Origin: an uncultured Gemmatimonadales bacterium
GTDB lineage: Bacteria; Gemmatimonadota; Gemmatimonadetes; Gemmatimonadales; Gemmatimonadaceae
Direction of reading: 5' to 3'
DNA: 64,000 nucleotides
Assembly (NCBI GenBank): GCA_963851265.1
Contig: CAWKNZ010000002.1
Coordinates: 736,001-800,000 of the forward strand
In this document: positions 31,357-41,484 of the stretch, piece after piece
Numbering within the stretch: position 1 is the first letter of the stretch
How the letters are laid out: each line of letters opens with the position of its first letter
Program-made: the position numbers and the translations under genes
The notes under the pieces: generated by a model
Database searches by the model: none
Told to the model about the DNA's origin: nothing
What the model saw: the letters and a program-made list of their open reading frames with translations, nothing else

Positions 31357-32520
31357 TCACCGCCGCGGGATCCGCGCCGCACCCGGCGGCCGGAACGCGT
31401 CGTACGCGTCCTGGACCCGCGCGAGCGCTTCCTCCGGGCGCGCGCCCACGGCCGACACGTGCCCCATCTTGCGCCCGGCGCGCGCCTCGCGCTTGCCGTA
31501 CAGGTGGAGCCGCGCGGTCGGCACCGCGAGCGCGGCCGGCACGTCGGGCGGTCCGTCGGCGAGCCAGAGGTCGCCGAGCAGGTTGGCGATGGCCCCCGCC
31601 CCCACCGGCGCCGGGCTGCCTAACGGCAGGGCGCACGCGGCCCGCACGAGTTGCTCGAACTGACTCGTCGCGTTCGCGCGCTCCGACGCGTGATACGTGT
31701 TGTGCGGACGCGGCGCGAGCTCGTTCACGAGCACCCGCCCGTCGCCGGTGAGGAACAGCTCCACGGCGACCAGCCCCTCGATTCCGAGCGACTCGGCGAT
31801 GCCGATCGCGACCTCCGCGCCGGCGCGCGCGACTGCGGGTTCGATCGGGGCGGGCGTCGCCGCCCACGTCAGCACGCCCGCCGCGTGGTGGTTGCGCGAC
31901 GGCGGGTAGACGGCGAGCTGTCCGTCGGCCGCGCGCGCGACGAGCACCGAGAACTCCAGCGCGAGATCCAGCCGCTGCTCGACGACACTGCGTCGGGCGC
32001 CGACCGCGTCCCACGCGCTCGCGGCGCCCGCCGGGTCGGCGACGTGGGCCTGCCCCCGCCCGTCGTACCCACCCTGCGCGGCCTTCACGATCGACGGGCC
32101 GAACGCGCGCACCGCGTCTGCCACGTCGTCGGCGCGCTCCGCGCGGCGGAACGCGCCGAGTGGGAAGCCGTGTGCGGCGAGCCACTCCTTCTGGCGCACG
32201 CGATCCTGGATGATCCACACCGGCTCCGCACCCGGCCGCAGCGGCGCGTGGCGCGCGACGGCCTCCAGCGCGGGGCGCGCGATCTGCTCGATCTCGAGCG
32301 TGACGACGGCGCACCCGCGCGCGAGGTCGGCGGCGGCGTCCGCGTCGTCGTACGCCGCGACCACCACGCGCGAGGCCACCGGCGCCGCCGCGCACGCGGC
32401 GTCGGGGTCGAGCACGTGCACGTCGTAGCCCATCGAACGCGCGGCCATCGCCGTCATGCGCCCGAGCTGGCCGCCGCCGAGGATGCCGAGCGTGGTGCCG
32501 GGGAGGATCGCGTCGGCCAC
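31357..32520 (-). CDS. purK: N5-carboxyaminoimidazole ribonucleotide synthase
   Basis: [33 protein letters not shown]...GRKMGH; directly downstream of purE. Confidence 0.95.
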   Translation of the reverse strand: MADAILPGTTLGILGGGQLGRMTAMAARSMGYDVHVLDPDAACAAAPVASRVVVAAYDDADAAADLARGCAVVTLEIEQIARPALEAVARHAPLRPGAEPVWIIQDRVRQKEWLAAHGFPLGAFRRAERADDVADAVRAFGPSIVKAAQGGYDGRGQAHVADPAGAASAWDAVGARRSVVEQRLDLALEFSVLVARAADGQLAVYPPSRNHHAAGVLTWAATPAPIEPAVARAGAEVAIGIAESLGIEGLVAVELFLTGDGRVLVNELAPRPHNTYHASERANATSQFEQLVRAACALPLGSPAPVGAGAIANLLGDLWLADGPPDVPAALAVPTARLHLYGKREARAGRKMGHVSAVGARPEEALARVQDAYDAFRPPGAARIPRR

Positions 32521-32528
32521 GGGACGTG

Positions 32529-33038
32529 TTAGGCGGGGGGGAGCGTCTCGCCGAGCACGGCGTCGCGGCGCGCCTCGCGGCGGGCCTGCAGCCGCGCGCG
32601 GAGCGCGGCGTCGCCGGCGGCGAGGAGCTCCGCGGCGAACAGCGCCGCGTTGATCGCGCCCGGCTTCCCGACCGCGAACGTTGCGACCGGCACGCCGCCC
32701 GGCATCTGCACGATCGAGAGGAGCGCGTCGACCCCGTTGAGCAACGTCGCCGGTACGGGCACGCCGAGGATTGGCACGAGCGTCTTGGCGGCGAGCATCC
32801 CGGGCAGGTGGGCCGCGCCGCCGGCTCCGGCGATGATCGCTCGCAGACCCCGCGCCTGCGCCTCCTCGGCGTACCGGAACAGCAGGTCGGGCGTGCGGTG
32901 CGCGCTGACCACGCGCGCCTCGTGCGCGACGCCGAGGTCGGCGAGCGCGGCGGCGGCGTGGCGCATGACCTCCCAGTCGCTCGTGCTGCCCATGACGACG
33001 CCGACGAGCGGCGGGGCGGGGGAGGAGAAAGCACTCAT
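32529..33038 (-). CDS. purE: N5-CAIR mutase
   Basis: [41 protein letters not shown]. Confidence 0.97.
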   Translation of the reverse strand: MSAFSSPAPPLVGVVMGSTSDWEVMRHAAAALADLGVAHEARVVSAHRTPDLLFRYAEEAQARGLRAIIAGAGGAAHLPGMLAAKTLVPILGVPVPATLLNGVDALLSIVQMPGGVPVATFAVGKPGAINAALFAAELLAAGDAALRARLQARREARRDAVLGETLPPA

Positions 33039-33127
33039 GGCGCGGGAAAATAGTCGTCCCGGGCCGCCGCGAGCGCCGTGAAGCCGCGTGGTGCCGTCCA
33101 CGGTATGCGGGCAGGCGCGGGTGGCGG

Positions 33128-33646
33128 GTGGTGCATCTGTTCGGCCCCGGCCACACCGATGTCCAACTCGCCCGGACCCATCTGGCCCACAGCCTGCTGG
33201 GCCTCGGGCGGTACGCGGCCGCGGAGTCGCTGTTCATGGCGGCGCGCGCAGCGCGGCGGGCGCTCTCCGGGCCGGATGACGGTGCGGTTGCCTCGCCCCT
33301 CACCGACCTCGGCACGCTCGCCCTTCAACGCGGGGAGCTGCCCGCCCCCGAAGCGTACTTCGCCGATCCCGCCGCGATCTTCGATCGCGCGGGCGCGAAA
33401 CCGTTCGCCATCACGGCGCGCGTGCGGCTCGTCCGGGTGCTGTTCGTTCGGGATTCGGTGGGCGAGGCGACCCGGACGCCCAGGGCGGTGCTGGACGCGT
33501 TGCGGACCGGACCGCCGGTGCGGAACGCGAAGGTGGTGATCGCGCTACGCGCGGCGGGCGACGCGGCGATGAGCCGCGGCGCGGCGGGCACGGCCGACTC
33601 GCCCGGCGCGGCCGCGACGGCCCGCGCGCTCGGTGGTTCGCCGTGA
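33128..33646 (+). pseudogene. Probable fragment of a tetratricopeptide-repeat protein
   Basis: Begins mid-repeat ([33 protein letters not shown]...GPDDGAVASPLTDLG), resembling TPR_10/12 repeats of Ser/Thr kinase tails; repeats decay; no RBS. Confidence 0.5.
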
Positions 33647-33720
33647 GCGCCGCGATGCGGGCTGCGACTCAGCGGGCGTTCCGCTTCGCGGCGGCGTTCG
33701 CAGGCCGCCCGTGCCTAACG

Positions 33721-33774
33721 CAAAACATCCGACCGTTGCACCGCCCCCCGGGGGGCGGTGCAACGGTCGGATGT
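33721..33774 (-). terminator. Perfect 50-bp palindrome followed by TTTG on the minus strand; probable tRNA-Asn terminator
   Basis: ACATCCGACCGTTGCACCGCCCCCC|GGGGGGCGGTGCAACGGTCGGATGT (33725-33774). Confidence 0.75.
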
Positions 33775-33783
33775 CGTCGTCAG

Positions 33784-33856
33784 CTCCCGAGACAGGACTC
33801 GAACCTGTGACCCGGCGATTAACAGTCGCCTGCTCTACCAACTGAGCTACTCGGGA
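33784..33856 (-). tRNA. tRNA-Asn (anticodon GTT)
   Basis: Minus strand TCCCGAGTAGCTCAGTTGGTAGAGCAGGCGACTGTTAATCGCCGGGTCACAGGTTCGAGTCCTGTCTCGGGAG; CCA not encoded; TATCTT upstream at 33867-33872. Confidence 0.97.
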
Positions 33857-33892
33857 ATACCCCCGCAAGATAAGCCGCCCGGCCGACGACGG

Positions 33893-36823
33893 TCAACCCG
33901 CGGCGAGGCGCCGCGCGCGCGTCCGCTTGCCTTCGACCGGCGCGGTGACTCCGTCCGCCGCGTCGCGATCCTCCGGCGCCGGCACCGGCGATTTCAGCAC
34001 GCGCTGCAGGAAGCGCCCGGTGTGCGACCGCGGCTCGGCCATGACGGCCTCGGGCCGCCCCATCGCCACGATCTGCCCGCCCTCGTCACCCGCTTCCGGG
34101 CCCACGTCGATCACCCAGTCCGCGAGCTTGATCACGTCGAGGTTGTGCTCGATCAACAGCAGCGTGTGCCCCGCGTCGACCAGCCGGTCGAACACCTGCG
34201 CGAGCTTGCGCACGTCCTCCAGGTGCAACCCCGTGGTCGGCTCGTCCATCACGTACAGCTTGCGCCCCTTGCTCTTGGCCGACGCGGCCAGCTCGCGCGC
34301 GATCTTCACGCGCTGCGCCTCGCCGCCCGAGAGCGTCGTCGCCGGCTGGCCGAGGCGCAGGTAGCCGAGCCCCACCTGCTGCAGCTGCCAGAGCGCCTGC
34401 CCGAGCTTCTCCTCGCGCGGGAAGAAGCGGATCGCCTCGTCCACGGTCATGCCTAACACGTCGTGGATCGTCTTCCCGCGCACCGCGACCTCGAGCACGT
34501 CGGCCTTGAACCGCTTGCCGCCGCACACGTCGCACGGCACGAACACGTCGGCCATGAACACCATCTCGACCTCGACGTAGCCCGCGCCCTCGCACGCCTC
34601 GCAGCGCCCGCCCTCGCTGTTGAACGAGAACGTCCCCGGCGTGTACCCGCGCTGCCGCGCCAGCGGCTGCTCGGCGAACAGCCGGCGAATCTCGTCGTAC
34701 GCCTTCACGTACGTGACCGGATTGGAGCGCGGCGTGCGGCCGATCGGGCTCTGGTCGACGAGCACCACGTCGTCGAGCGCCTCCCACCCCGAGAGCGTGT
34801 CGAACGCCCCCACGCGCTCGCCGAGGTGCTGCTTGGCGGAGTGTTCGCCGTGCAGCCGCTCTTCGAGCGCGCGGTAGAGCACGTCGTGCACGAGGGTGCT
34901 CTTGCCCGAGCCCGACACGCCGGTCACCACCGTCATCGCGCCTAACGGGACGCGCACGTCGGCGCCCTTGAGGTTGTGCTCGCGAGCGCCGGTGAGCGCG
35001 AGCCAGCGCGGGCCCACGCGCCGCCGCTCGCGCGGCAGCGGGACCGTCCGCGCGCCGGTGAGGTACTGGCCCGTGAGCGGGCTCTCCGCGACCCGGTCGA
35101 GGGTGCCCGCGAAGACGAGCTCGCCCCCCTGCTCGCCGCTCCCCGGCCCGAGCTCGACCATGTAGTCGGCGACCTCGATCGCCTCGGGGTCGTGCTCGAC
35201 CACCAGCACCGTGTTGCCGCCGTCGCGCAGCCGGTGCAGCAGCCGCAGCAGCCGCTCCATGTCGCGCGAATGCAGTCCCACGCTCGGCTCGTCGAGCACG
35301 TAGAGTGTGTCGACCAGGCGCGCGCCCAACGAGTTGGCGAGCCCGATCCGCTGCGCCTCGCCGCCCGAGAGCGTCCGCGTCGCGCGGTTGAGCGAGAGGT
35401 AGCCGAGGCCGACGTCGCAGAGGAAGCGCACGCGCCCGCGCGCCTCCTCGAGCACGTGCGCGGCGACCTGCCGCTCGAAGTCGGTGAGCGCGACGCCGTC
35501 GAGCCACTCGATGAGGCGGCCCACGGGCATCGCGGCCGCGTCCGCGATCGTCGCGCCGCCGAAGCGCACGGCGAGCGCCTCGGGCTTGAGCTTCGTGCCG
35601 TGGCACGTGGGGCACTCCTGCGCCGTCTGGTACTGCCGCAGGAAGACGCGGATGTACTGCTTGTAGCGCTTCTCCTCCTTCGACCGCAGAAACGGGAACG
35701 CGCCGAGGAAGCCGTTCGCGCCGCGCCCCTCGGCGCGCAGCACGCGCTCCTGCTGGGCGCGCGGCAGCTCCCGCCACGGCGCGTCCGGGTCGATCCGCTC
35801 GCGCCGCGCGAACTCGAGCAGCTTGCGCCGCTCGGCCTCGTAACGCGGCTTCTCCCACGGATCGACCGCGCCGCCTCGGAGCGACCGGTCGGCGTTCGGC
35901 ACGATCAGCCGCTCGTCGTACTCGAGCACCGCGCCGAAGCCGTTGCACGTCTCGCACGCGCCGCGCGGGTTGTTGAACGAGAAGAGTTGCGGCGACGGGG
36001 CGGGGAGGCGGGTGCCGTCGTTGGGGCACTCGTAGCGCTCGGTCGCGTTCACGCGCGTGATCGGCCGCCCGGCCGACTCCGGCAGCGGCGAGGGCACGGG
36101 CTCGGCGAACAGGACGGTCGCGTCGCCGTCGCCCTCGCGGAAGGCCGTGCCTAACGCGTCGGAGAGCCGCGAGCGCGCGTCCTCGCGGACGGCGAGGCGG
36201 TCGACCACGACGAGCAGGTCGCCGACCGCGGTCAGGTCGAGGCCGCGGGCCGCGACGTCGTCGAGGTGCAGCGTCTCGCCGTCGGCCACGACGCGGACGA
36301 AGCCCTGCGCGCGCAGGTTCTCGTCCACGATCGCGTGCGTGACCTTGGACGAGAGCCGCAGCGGGAACGCGACCGCGAACCGCGTGCCCTCGGGCACGCG
36401 GTAGAGCAGGTCGGTGATCGACTCCACCGAGTCGGGCTTGAGCTCGCGCCCGCACACGGGGCAGTACGTGCGGCCGACGCGCGCCCAGAGCAGCCGCAGG
36501 TAGTCGTACACCTCGGTCGCCGTGCCCACCGTGGAGCGCGACGTCTTGGTCGGGTTCTTCTGCTCGATCGCGACGGCGGGCGAGAGCCCCTCGATCACGT
36601 CGACGTCCGGCTTTTCCATCCGTTCGAGGAACTGGCGCGCGTACGCGCTCAGCGACTCGACGTAGCGACGCTGCCCCTCGGCGTAGATCGTGTCGAAGGC
36701 GAGCGTCGACTTGCCGGACCCCGACGGCCCGGTGATCACGGTGTAGCTCCGGCGCGGGATCTCGAGGTCGAAGCCCTTGAGGTTGTGCTGCCGCGCGCCG
36801 CGGACGATGATGCGATCTTTCAC
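33893..36823 (-). CDS. uvrA: Excinuclease ABC subunit A (probably a paralogous UvrA clade)
   Basis: [34 protein letters not shown], two LSGGEAQR signatures, GVSGSGKS, Zn fingers. Confidence 0.95.
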   Translation of the reverse strand: MKDRIIVRGARQHNLKGFDLEIPRRSYTVITGPSGSGKSTLAFDTIYAEGQRRYVESLSAYARQFLERMEKPDVDVIEGLSPAVAIEQKNPTKTSRSTVGTATEVYDYLRLLWARVGRTYCPVCGRELKPDSVESITDLLYRVPEGTRFAVAFPLRLSSKVTHAIVDENLRAQGFVRVVADGETLHLDDVAARGLDLTAVGDLLVVVDRLAVREDARSRLSDALGTAFREGDGDATVLFAEPVPSPLPESAGRPITRVNATERYECPNDGTRLPAPSPQLFSFNNPRGACETCNGFGAVLEYDERLIVPNADRSLRGGAVDPWEKPRYEAERRKLLEFARRERIDPDAPWRELPRAQQERVLRAEGRGANGFLGAFPFLRSKEEKRYKQYIRVFLRQYQTAQECPTCHGTKLKPEALAVRFGGATIADAAAMPVGRLIEWLDGVALTDFERQVAAHVLEEARGRVRFLCDVGLGYLSLNRATRTLSGGEAQRIGLANSLGARLVDTLYVLDEPSVGLHSRDMERLLRLLHRLRDGGNTVLVVEHDPEAIEVADYMVELGPGSGEQGGELVFAGTLDRVAESPLTGQYLTGARTVPLPRERRRVGPRWLALTGAREHNLKGADVRVPLGAMTVVTGVSGSGKSTLVHDVLYRALEERLHGEHSAKQHLGERVGAFDTLSGWEALDDVVLVDQSPIGRTPRSNPVTYVKAYDEIRRLFAEQPLARQRGYTPGTFSFNSEGGRCEACEGAGYVEVEMVFMADVFVPCDVCGGKRFKADVLEVAVRGKTIHDVLGMTVDEAIRFFPREEKLGQALWQLQQVGLGYLRLGQPATTLSGGEAQRVKIARELAASAKSKGRKLYVMDEPTTGLHLEDVRKLAQVFDRLVDAGHTLLLIEHNLDVIKLADWVIDVGPEAGDEGGQIVAMGRPEAVMAEPRSHTGRFLQRVLKSPVPAPEDRDAADGVTAPVEGKRTRARRLAAG

Positions 36824-36963
36824 GCCCGAAAGCTACCCGAAACGCGCCGCCGCGGAGACCCGGCGGACGGCGGCGCGACTCCCCGAAACGCGACGGGGGC
36901 GCCCCGAGAGGCGCCCCCGCACACGTCCGTTCCGTCCGGCGCCCCGCGGGGGCGCCCCCGTCG

Positions 36964-37227
36964 TCAGACGGTCGAGCGGCGTGTCACCATGCGGTAGATC
37001 CACAGCAGGATCACCGCGCCGACGACCGCAATCAGGATGCTGTACAGGTTGACGCCCGACACGCCCGAGATCCCGAACAGCGTGTTCCCGAGGAAGCCGC
37101 CGATGACGGCGCCGACGATGCCGATGAGCATCGTGACCAGGAAGCCGCCCGGATCGCGACCCGGCATGATCGCCTTCGCGATGGCGCCCGAAATCAGGCC
37201 AAGAATCACCCATGCGAGAATGCCCAT
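36964..37227 (-). CDS. GlsB/YeaQ/YmgE family stress-response membrane protein
   Basis: MGILAWVILGLISGAIAKAIMPG...IGIVGAVIGG...AVVGAVILL; RBS GGAGG. Confidence 0.93.
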   Translation of the reverse strand: MGILAWVILGLISGAIAKAIMPGRDPGGFLVTMLIGIVGAVIGGFLGNTLFGISGVSGVNLYSILIAVVGAVILLWIYRMVTRRSTV

Positions 37228-37365
37228 CTGAAACCTCCAACGAACGGTGTGTGGTGCGCGGTGGTGCGGGTGGCGTGCGGGACGTCGAATAGCAACGCGC
37301 GTACCAGACCGCGCGTACGCCGCAACCGTAGCGGGTGCGCCACAATCGACTACCCTTCGTGACCC

Positions 37366-39327
37366 ATGGCGACCGCCCCGACCACAGACGCGCCCGACGA
37401 CGAAGCGCTCGCCGCGGCGTACGACGCGCGCCTCATGCGGCGCCTGCTCCGGTACGCGCGCCCGTACGCGGCACTCGGCGTCGGCGCCGTCCTGCTGCTC
37501 TGCCTGGAGGGCGGCACGCAGCTCGTTGGGCCCGCGCTCACGCGGCGCGTCATCGACGTCGCGATCCCGGCCCGCGACGCCGGCATGGTGCGCACCGCGG
37601 CGCTGCTCTACATGCTCGCACTCGCGTTACAGTTCGGCGCGGGTTACGGCGAAACGGTGCTCACCGGCCTCCTCGGCCAGCACGTCATGCGCGACCTGCG
37701 CGGGCAGCTGTTCGCGCACCTGCAGCGCCTCCCGATCGCGTATTTCGACCGCACGCCGGTGGGGCGCCTCGTCACGCGCGTGACGGGCGACGTCGAGGCG
37801 CTCAACGAGCTGTTCACCGCGGGCGTCGTCGCCGGGCTCGGCGACCTGTTCACGCTCGCCGCGATCTCGGTGATGATGCTCGCCGTCGACTGGCGGCTCG
37901 CGCTCGCGGCCTTCGTCGTCATCCCGTTCGTCGTGCTCGTCTCGCGCGTGTTCCAGCGCCGCGTGCGCGCGCTCTACCGCGACATCCGCACGCGCGTCGC
38001 GCGCATCAACGCGTTCGCGCAGGAGCGCCTAACGGGACTCCGCGTCGTGCAGCTGTTCGGGCGCGAACGCGGCGAGCGCGCGCGGTTCGACGTGCTCAAC
38101 CAGTCGCACCTGCAGGCGCAGCTCCGCTCCATCACCGTCTACGCGCTGTACTTCCCGGCGATCGAGGTGCTCACGACGGTCGCGCTCGCGAGCCTGCTCG
38201 TCGGCGCGGCGGGGCGCGTCGGGGCGGGCACGCTCACCATCGGCACCGTCGCGGCGTTTCTACAGCTCGTACGCCGCTTCTTCCAGCCGCTGCAGGACCT
38301 GTCCGAGAAGTTCAACATCCTGCAGGCCGCGATGGCGGCCGCCGAACGCATCTTCGGGCTGCTCGACACCCCCACCGAGCCCGACGCCGGCGCGGCCGCG
38401 GCGGCCGCCGACGCCGCGCACGCGGCCGGCGCGCTCCCGCGGGGCGTCACGGTCGAGTTCGAGGACGTGTGGTTCGCCTACGACCTCGCGCACACCGCGG
38501 CCGGCACGGCCGGCGCGGACGCGTCGAAATCCGAACACCCCGAATGGGTGCTCCGCGGCGTCAGCTTCCGGGCGGAGCCGGGCGAGACGCTGGCCCTCGT
38601 CGGGCACACCGGCGCGGGCAAGTCGACCATCGTCGCGCTCCTCCTGCGCTTCTACGACCCGCAGCGCGGGCGCATCCTGCTCGACGGCGTCGACGTGCGC
38701 ACGCTCCCACGCGAGCTCGTGCGCGCGCGCGTCGGGTACGTGCAGCAGGACATCTTCCTCTTCGCCGGCGACGTCGCCTCCAACGTGCGGCTGTCGGCGC
38801 CGATCACCGACGCGGCGCTCGACGAAGCAGCCGCCCGCGTCGGCGCCGACCGCGTGGTGCGCCGACTCCCGGGCGGCTGGAACCACGAACTCGGCGAGCG
38901 CGGCGCCACGCTCAGCGTGGGCGAACGCCAGCTGCTCTCGTTCGCGCGGGCGATCGCGGCCGACCCGGCGCTGCTCGTCCTCGACGAAGCCACGAGCGCC
39001 GTCGACAGCGAGGCCGAGGCGGTCATTCAGGACGGGCTCGCGTCGCTGCGCCAGGGGCGGACCACGATCGCGATCGCGCACCGGCTCTCGACCATCGTCG
39101 ACGCCGAACAGATCCTCGTGCTCCACCACGGGCGCGTCGTCGAGCGCGGCACCCATCGCGCACTGCTCGCGCGCAACGGCCTCTACGCGCGGCTGTACCG
39201 GTTGCAGATCGCCGACGCCGCGCAGGACGCCGACTCCGACGACGCGGCCGCGGACGACGGCGTAGCGGGGACGCGCTCGGGGAGCGGTGGCCGCGCCCTG
39301 CTTGCTCCCTCCGGAACGCGCCCGTAG
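37366..39327 (+). CDS. ABC exporter, fused TMD + ATPase (MdlB/MsbA-like)
   Basis: YFDRTPVGRLVTRVTGDVE, GHTGAGKST, LSVGERQLLSFARA, LVLDEATS, IAHRLST. Confidence 0.95.
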   Translation: MATAPTTDAPDDEALAAAYDARLMRRLLRYARPYAALGVGAVLLLCLEGGTQLVGPALTRRVIDVAIPARDAGMVRTAALLYMLALALQFGAGYGETVLTGLLGQHVMRDLRGQLFAHLQRLPIAYFDRTPVGRLVTRVTGDVEALNELFTAGVVAGLGDLFTLAAISVMMLAVDWRLALAAFVVIPFVVLVSRVFQRRVRALYRDIRTRVARINAFAQERLTGLRVVQLFGRERGERARFDVLNQSHLQAQLRSITVYALYFPAIEVLTTVALASLLVGAAGRVGAGTLTIGTVAAFLQLVRRFFQPLQDLSEKFNILQAAMAAAERIFGLLDTPTEPDAGAAAAAADAAHAAGALPRGVTVEFEDVWFAYDLAHTAAGTAGADASKSEHPEWVLRGVSFRAEPGETLALVGHTGAGKSTIVALLLRFYDPQRGRILLDGVDVRTLPRELVRARVGYVQQDIFLFAGDVASNVRLSAPITDAALDEAAARVGADRVVRRLPGGWNHELGERGATLSVGERQLLSFARAIAADPALLVLDEATSAVDSEAEAVIQDGLASLRQGRTTIAIAHRLSTIVDAEQILVLHHGRVVERGTHRALLARNGLYARLYRLQIADAAQDADSDDAAADDGVAGTRSGSGGRALLAPSGTRP

Positions 39328-39431
39328 GTTGCCCCCTTGCGCCGCTCGTTCACCGTCGTGCTCGTGGCCCCCGCTTCGGCCTGACCGCCTTCCGCCCGGC
39401 CCATCGCCGCTCCTCCGGTTCACCACCTCTC

Positions 39432-40232
39432 GTGCAGCTTGCCGTGGCCGCCCGTACGGACATTGGACGTGTCCGGAGCGGGAATGAAGACAGTCTCTAC
39501 GCCGACGCCACGCCGAGTCGCGGGCTGTTCATCGTAGCCGACGGGATGGGCGGCCACGCGGCCGGCGAGGTGGCGAGTGCGATGGCGGTGCACATCATCG
39601 CGCAGGAGCTCACCGCCCTCGCCGCGGCCGACGACGCCGACGCCCCCGCGCGCATGGCGAACGCGCTCGTCTCCGCCAACCGTGCCATCCACGAGCGCAC
39701 CGAGCGCGAGAGCGACAAGCACGGGATGGGCACGACGGCGTCGGTGCTCGCCGTCTCGGACGCGGGCTACCTCATCGGGCAGGTCGGCGACTCGCGCGTC
39801 TACCTGCTGCGCGACGGCACGCTGCGCCAGCTCACGCGCGACCACTCGTACGTGCAGGAGCAGGTCGACGCCGGGCTCCTCTCCCCCGAGCAGGCGCGCT
39901 ATCACCCGTACAGCAACGTCATCACCCGCTGCATCGGCGCCAACGGCCACGTCGAGCCCGACGTGTTCACGGGTGAGGTCGCGCCCGGCGACGTATTCCT
40001 CATCGCGAGCGACGGGCTGACCGGGATGGTCGACGACAAGCGCCTGCAGCAACTGCTCTCGTCGCGCGCGGCGCCTGCGCGCGTCGTCGACGCCCTGATC
40101 GCCGAGGCGAACGGGCGCGGCGGACTCGACAATATCACGGCGATCATCGTGCAGGTCATCGCCGCCGGCAACGGAGCCGCGGGCGGCGCGCTCGCGGGTG
40201 CCGCGGTCACGGGCGGGGCAGGACGTGTCTGA
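39432..40232 (+). CDS. PP2C-family Ser/Thr protein phosphatase (Stp1/PrpC-like)
   Basis: TDIGRVRSGNEDS, VADGMGGHAAGEVAS, GMGTT, VGDSRVY, DHS, SDGLTG, GGLDNIT. Confidence 0.95.
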   Translation: MQLAVAARTDIGRVRSGNEDSLYADATPSRGLFIVADGMGGHAAGEVASAMAVHIIAQELTALAAADDADAPARMANALVSANRAIHERTERESDKHGMGTTASVLAVSDAGYLIGQVGDSRVYLLRDGTLRQLTRDHSYVQEQVDAGLLSPEQARYHPYSNVITRCIGANGHVEPDVFTGEVAPGDVFLIASDGLTGMVDDKRLQQLLSSRAAPARVVDALIAEANGRGGLDNITAIIVQVIAAGNGAAGGALAGAAVTGGAGRV

Positions 40233-40425
40233 ATCGGCCGCCGTCGACCCACCCGCCGAAACGGTCGGTGACGTCGCCGGGCTCTACCTGGGCAACATCC
40301 TCTACGCGATCGAGCGCGCCGCGCTCTCGCTCGACGCGGAGGACCGGCGCGAGGACGCCGCCTTCTACCGCGGCATCGGCCGCAAGCTGGCCGATGCACG
40401 CGGCCGCGAACGCGCGGCGCGCTAA
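40225..40425 (+). CDS. Small hypothetical protein
   Basis: Overlaps the PP2C stop; LYLGNILYAIERAA...FYRGIGRKLADAR looks protein-like. Confidence 0.6.
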   Translation: MSESAAVDPPAETVGDVAGLYLGNILYAIERAALSLDAEDRREDAAFYRGIGRKLADARGRERAAR

Positions 40426-40446
40426 CGCGCCGCGCGCTAACGCGCC
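40417..40446. repeat. 15-bp direct duplication GCGCGCTAACGCGCC x2
   Basis: Units at 40417-40431 and 40432-40446. Confidence 0.8.
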
Positions 40447-40466
40447 CGCCTCACACACCGTCGTCG

Positions 40467-41456
40467 ATGGAGCCTCGAGCACTCGGACGCACCGGCTGGA
40501 ACGTCGCCCCGATCGGTTTCGGCGCCTGGGCCATCGGCGGCGATGCGTGGGGGCGGCAGGACGATGACGAGTCGCTGCGCACGCTGCACGCGGCCATCGA
40601 CCACGGCGTCAACTTCATCGACACCGCCGACGTGTACGGCGACGGCCACTCCGAGCGGCTCGTCGCCCGCCTGAAGCGCGAACGCCCGTCCGACGAGATC
40701 TACGTCGCGACCAAGGCCGGCCGCCGGCTCAATCCGCACGTGGCGAGCGGGTACGACCGCGCCAACCTCACCACGTTCGTCGAGCGCAGCCTCGTCAACC
40801 TCGACACCGACGCGCTCGATCTTCTCCAGCTGCACTGCCCGCCGAGCGAGGTCTACGACACGCCGGAGGTGTTCGGCGTGCTGGACGATCTGACCGCGGC
40901 GGGCAAGATCCGGTACTACGGCGTGAGCGTCGAGACGGTCGACGAGGCGATGCGCGCGATCGAGTACCCGAACGTGCAGGCGGTGCAGATCATCTTCAAC
41001 ATGTTCCGCCTCAAGCCGGCCGATGCGTTCCTCGCCGCGGCCGGCGCGCGGCGCGTGGGCGTGCTGGCGCGCGTGCCGCTCGCGAGCGGACTGCTGAGCG
41101 GCAAGCTGCGCCGCGACACGTCGTTCGCCGAAACCGACCACCGGCGCTTCAACCGCCACGGCGAGGCGTTCGACGCCGGCGAGACGTTCAGCGGCGTCGA
41201 TTACGAGACCGGACTGCGCGCCGTCGAGGAGCTGCGCCCGCTGGTGCCCCCGGGCGCGACGCTCGCCCAACTCGCCCTCCGCTGGATCCTCATGTTCCCG
41301 GACGTCACGCTGGCCATCCCCGGCGCGCGCAATCCGGAGCAGGCCGGGGCCAACGTGGCGGCGGCCGACCTGCCGTCGCTGACCGAGGCGCAGATGGCCG
41401 CCGTGCGGACGGTGTACGACCGCGAGATCCGGGCGAGCGTGCACCCGCGGTGGTGA
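40467..41456 (+). CDS. Aldo/keto reductase
   Basis: IGFGAWAIGG, FIDTADVYGDGHSE, ATKAG, DLLQLH, GKIRYYGVS, PLASGLLSGK, IPGA. Confidence 0.95.
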   Translation: MEPRALGRTGWNVAPIGFGAWAIGGDAWGRQDDDESLRTLHAAIDHGVNFIDTADVYGDGHSERLVARLKRERPSDEIYVATKAGRRLNPHVASGYDRANLTTFVERSLVNLDTDALDLLQLHCPPSEVYDTPEVFGVLDDLTAAGKIRYYGVSVETVDEAMRAIEYPNVQAVQIIFNMFRLKPADAFLAAAGARRVGVLARVPLASGLLSGKLRRDTSFAETDHRRFNRHGEAFDAGETFSGVDYETGLRAVEELRPLVPPGATLAQLALRWILMFPDVTLAIPGARNPEQAGANVAAADLPSLTEAQMAAVRTVYDREIRASVHPRW

Positions 41457-41484
41457 AGCGGCTGGCCGCGCGTCGGCCGACCCG

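Noticed and set aside
37335..39431. 965-aa ORF as a giant PP2C fusion
   Set aside because: The upstream part is an off-frame read-through over the ABC exporter; PP2C motifs begin at GTG 39432.
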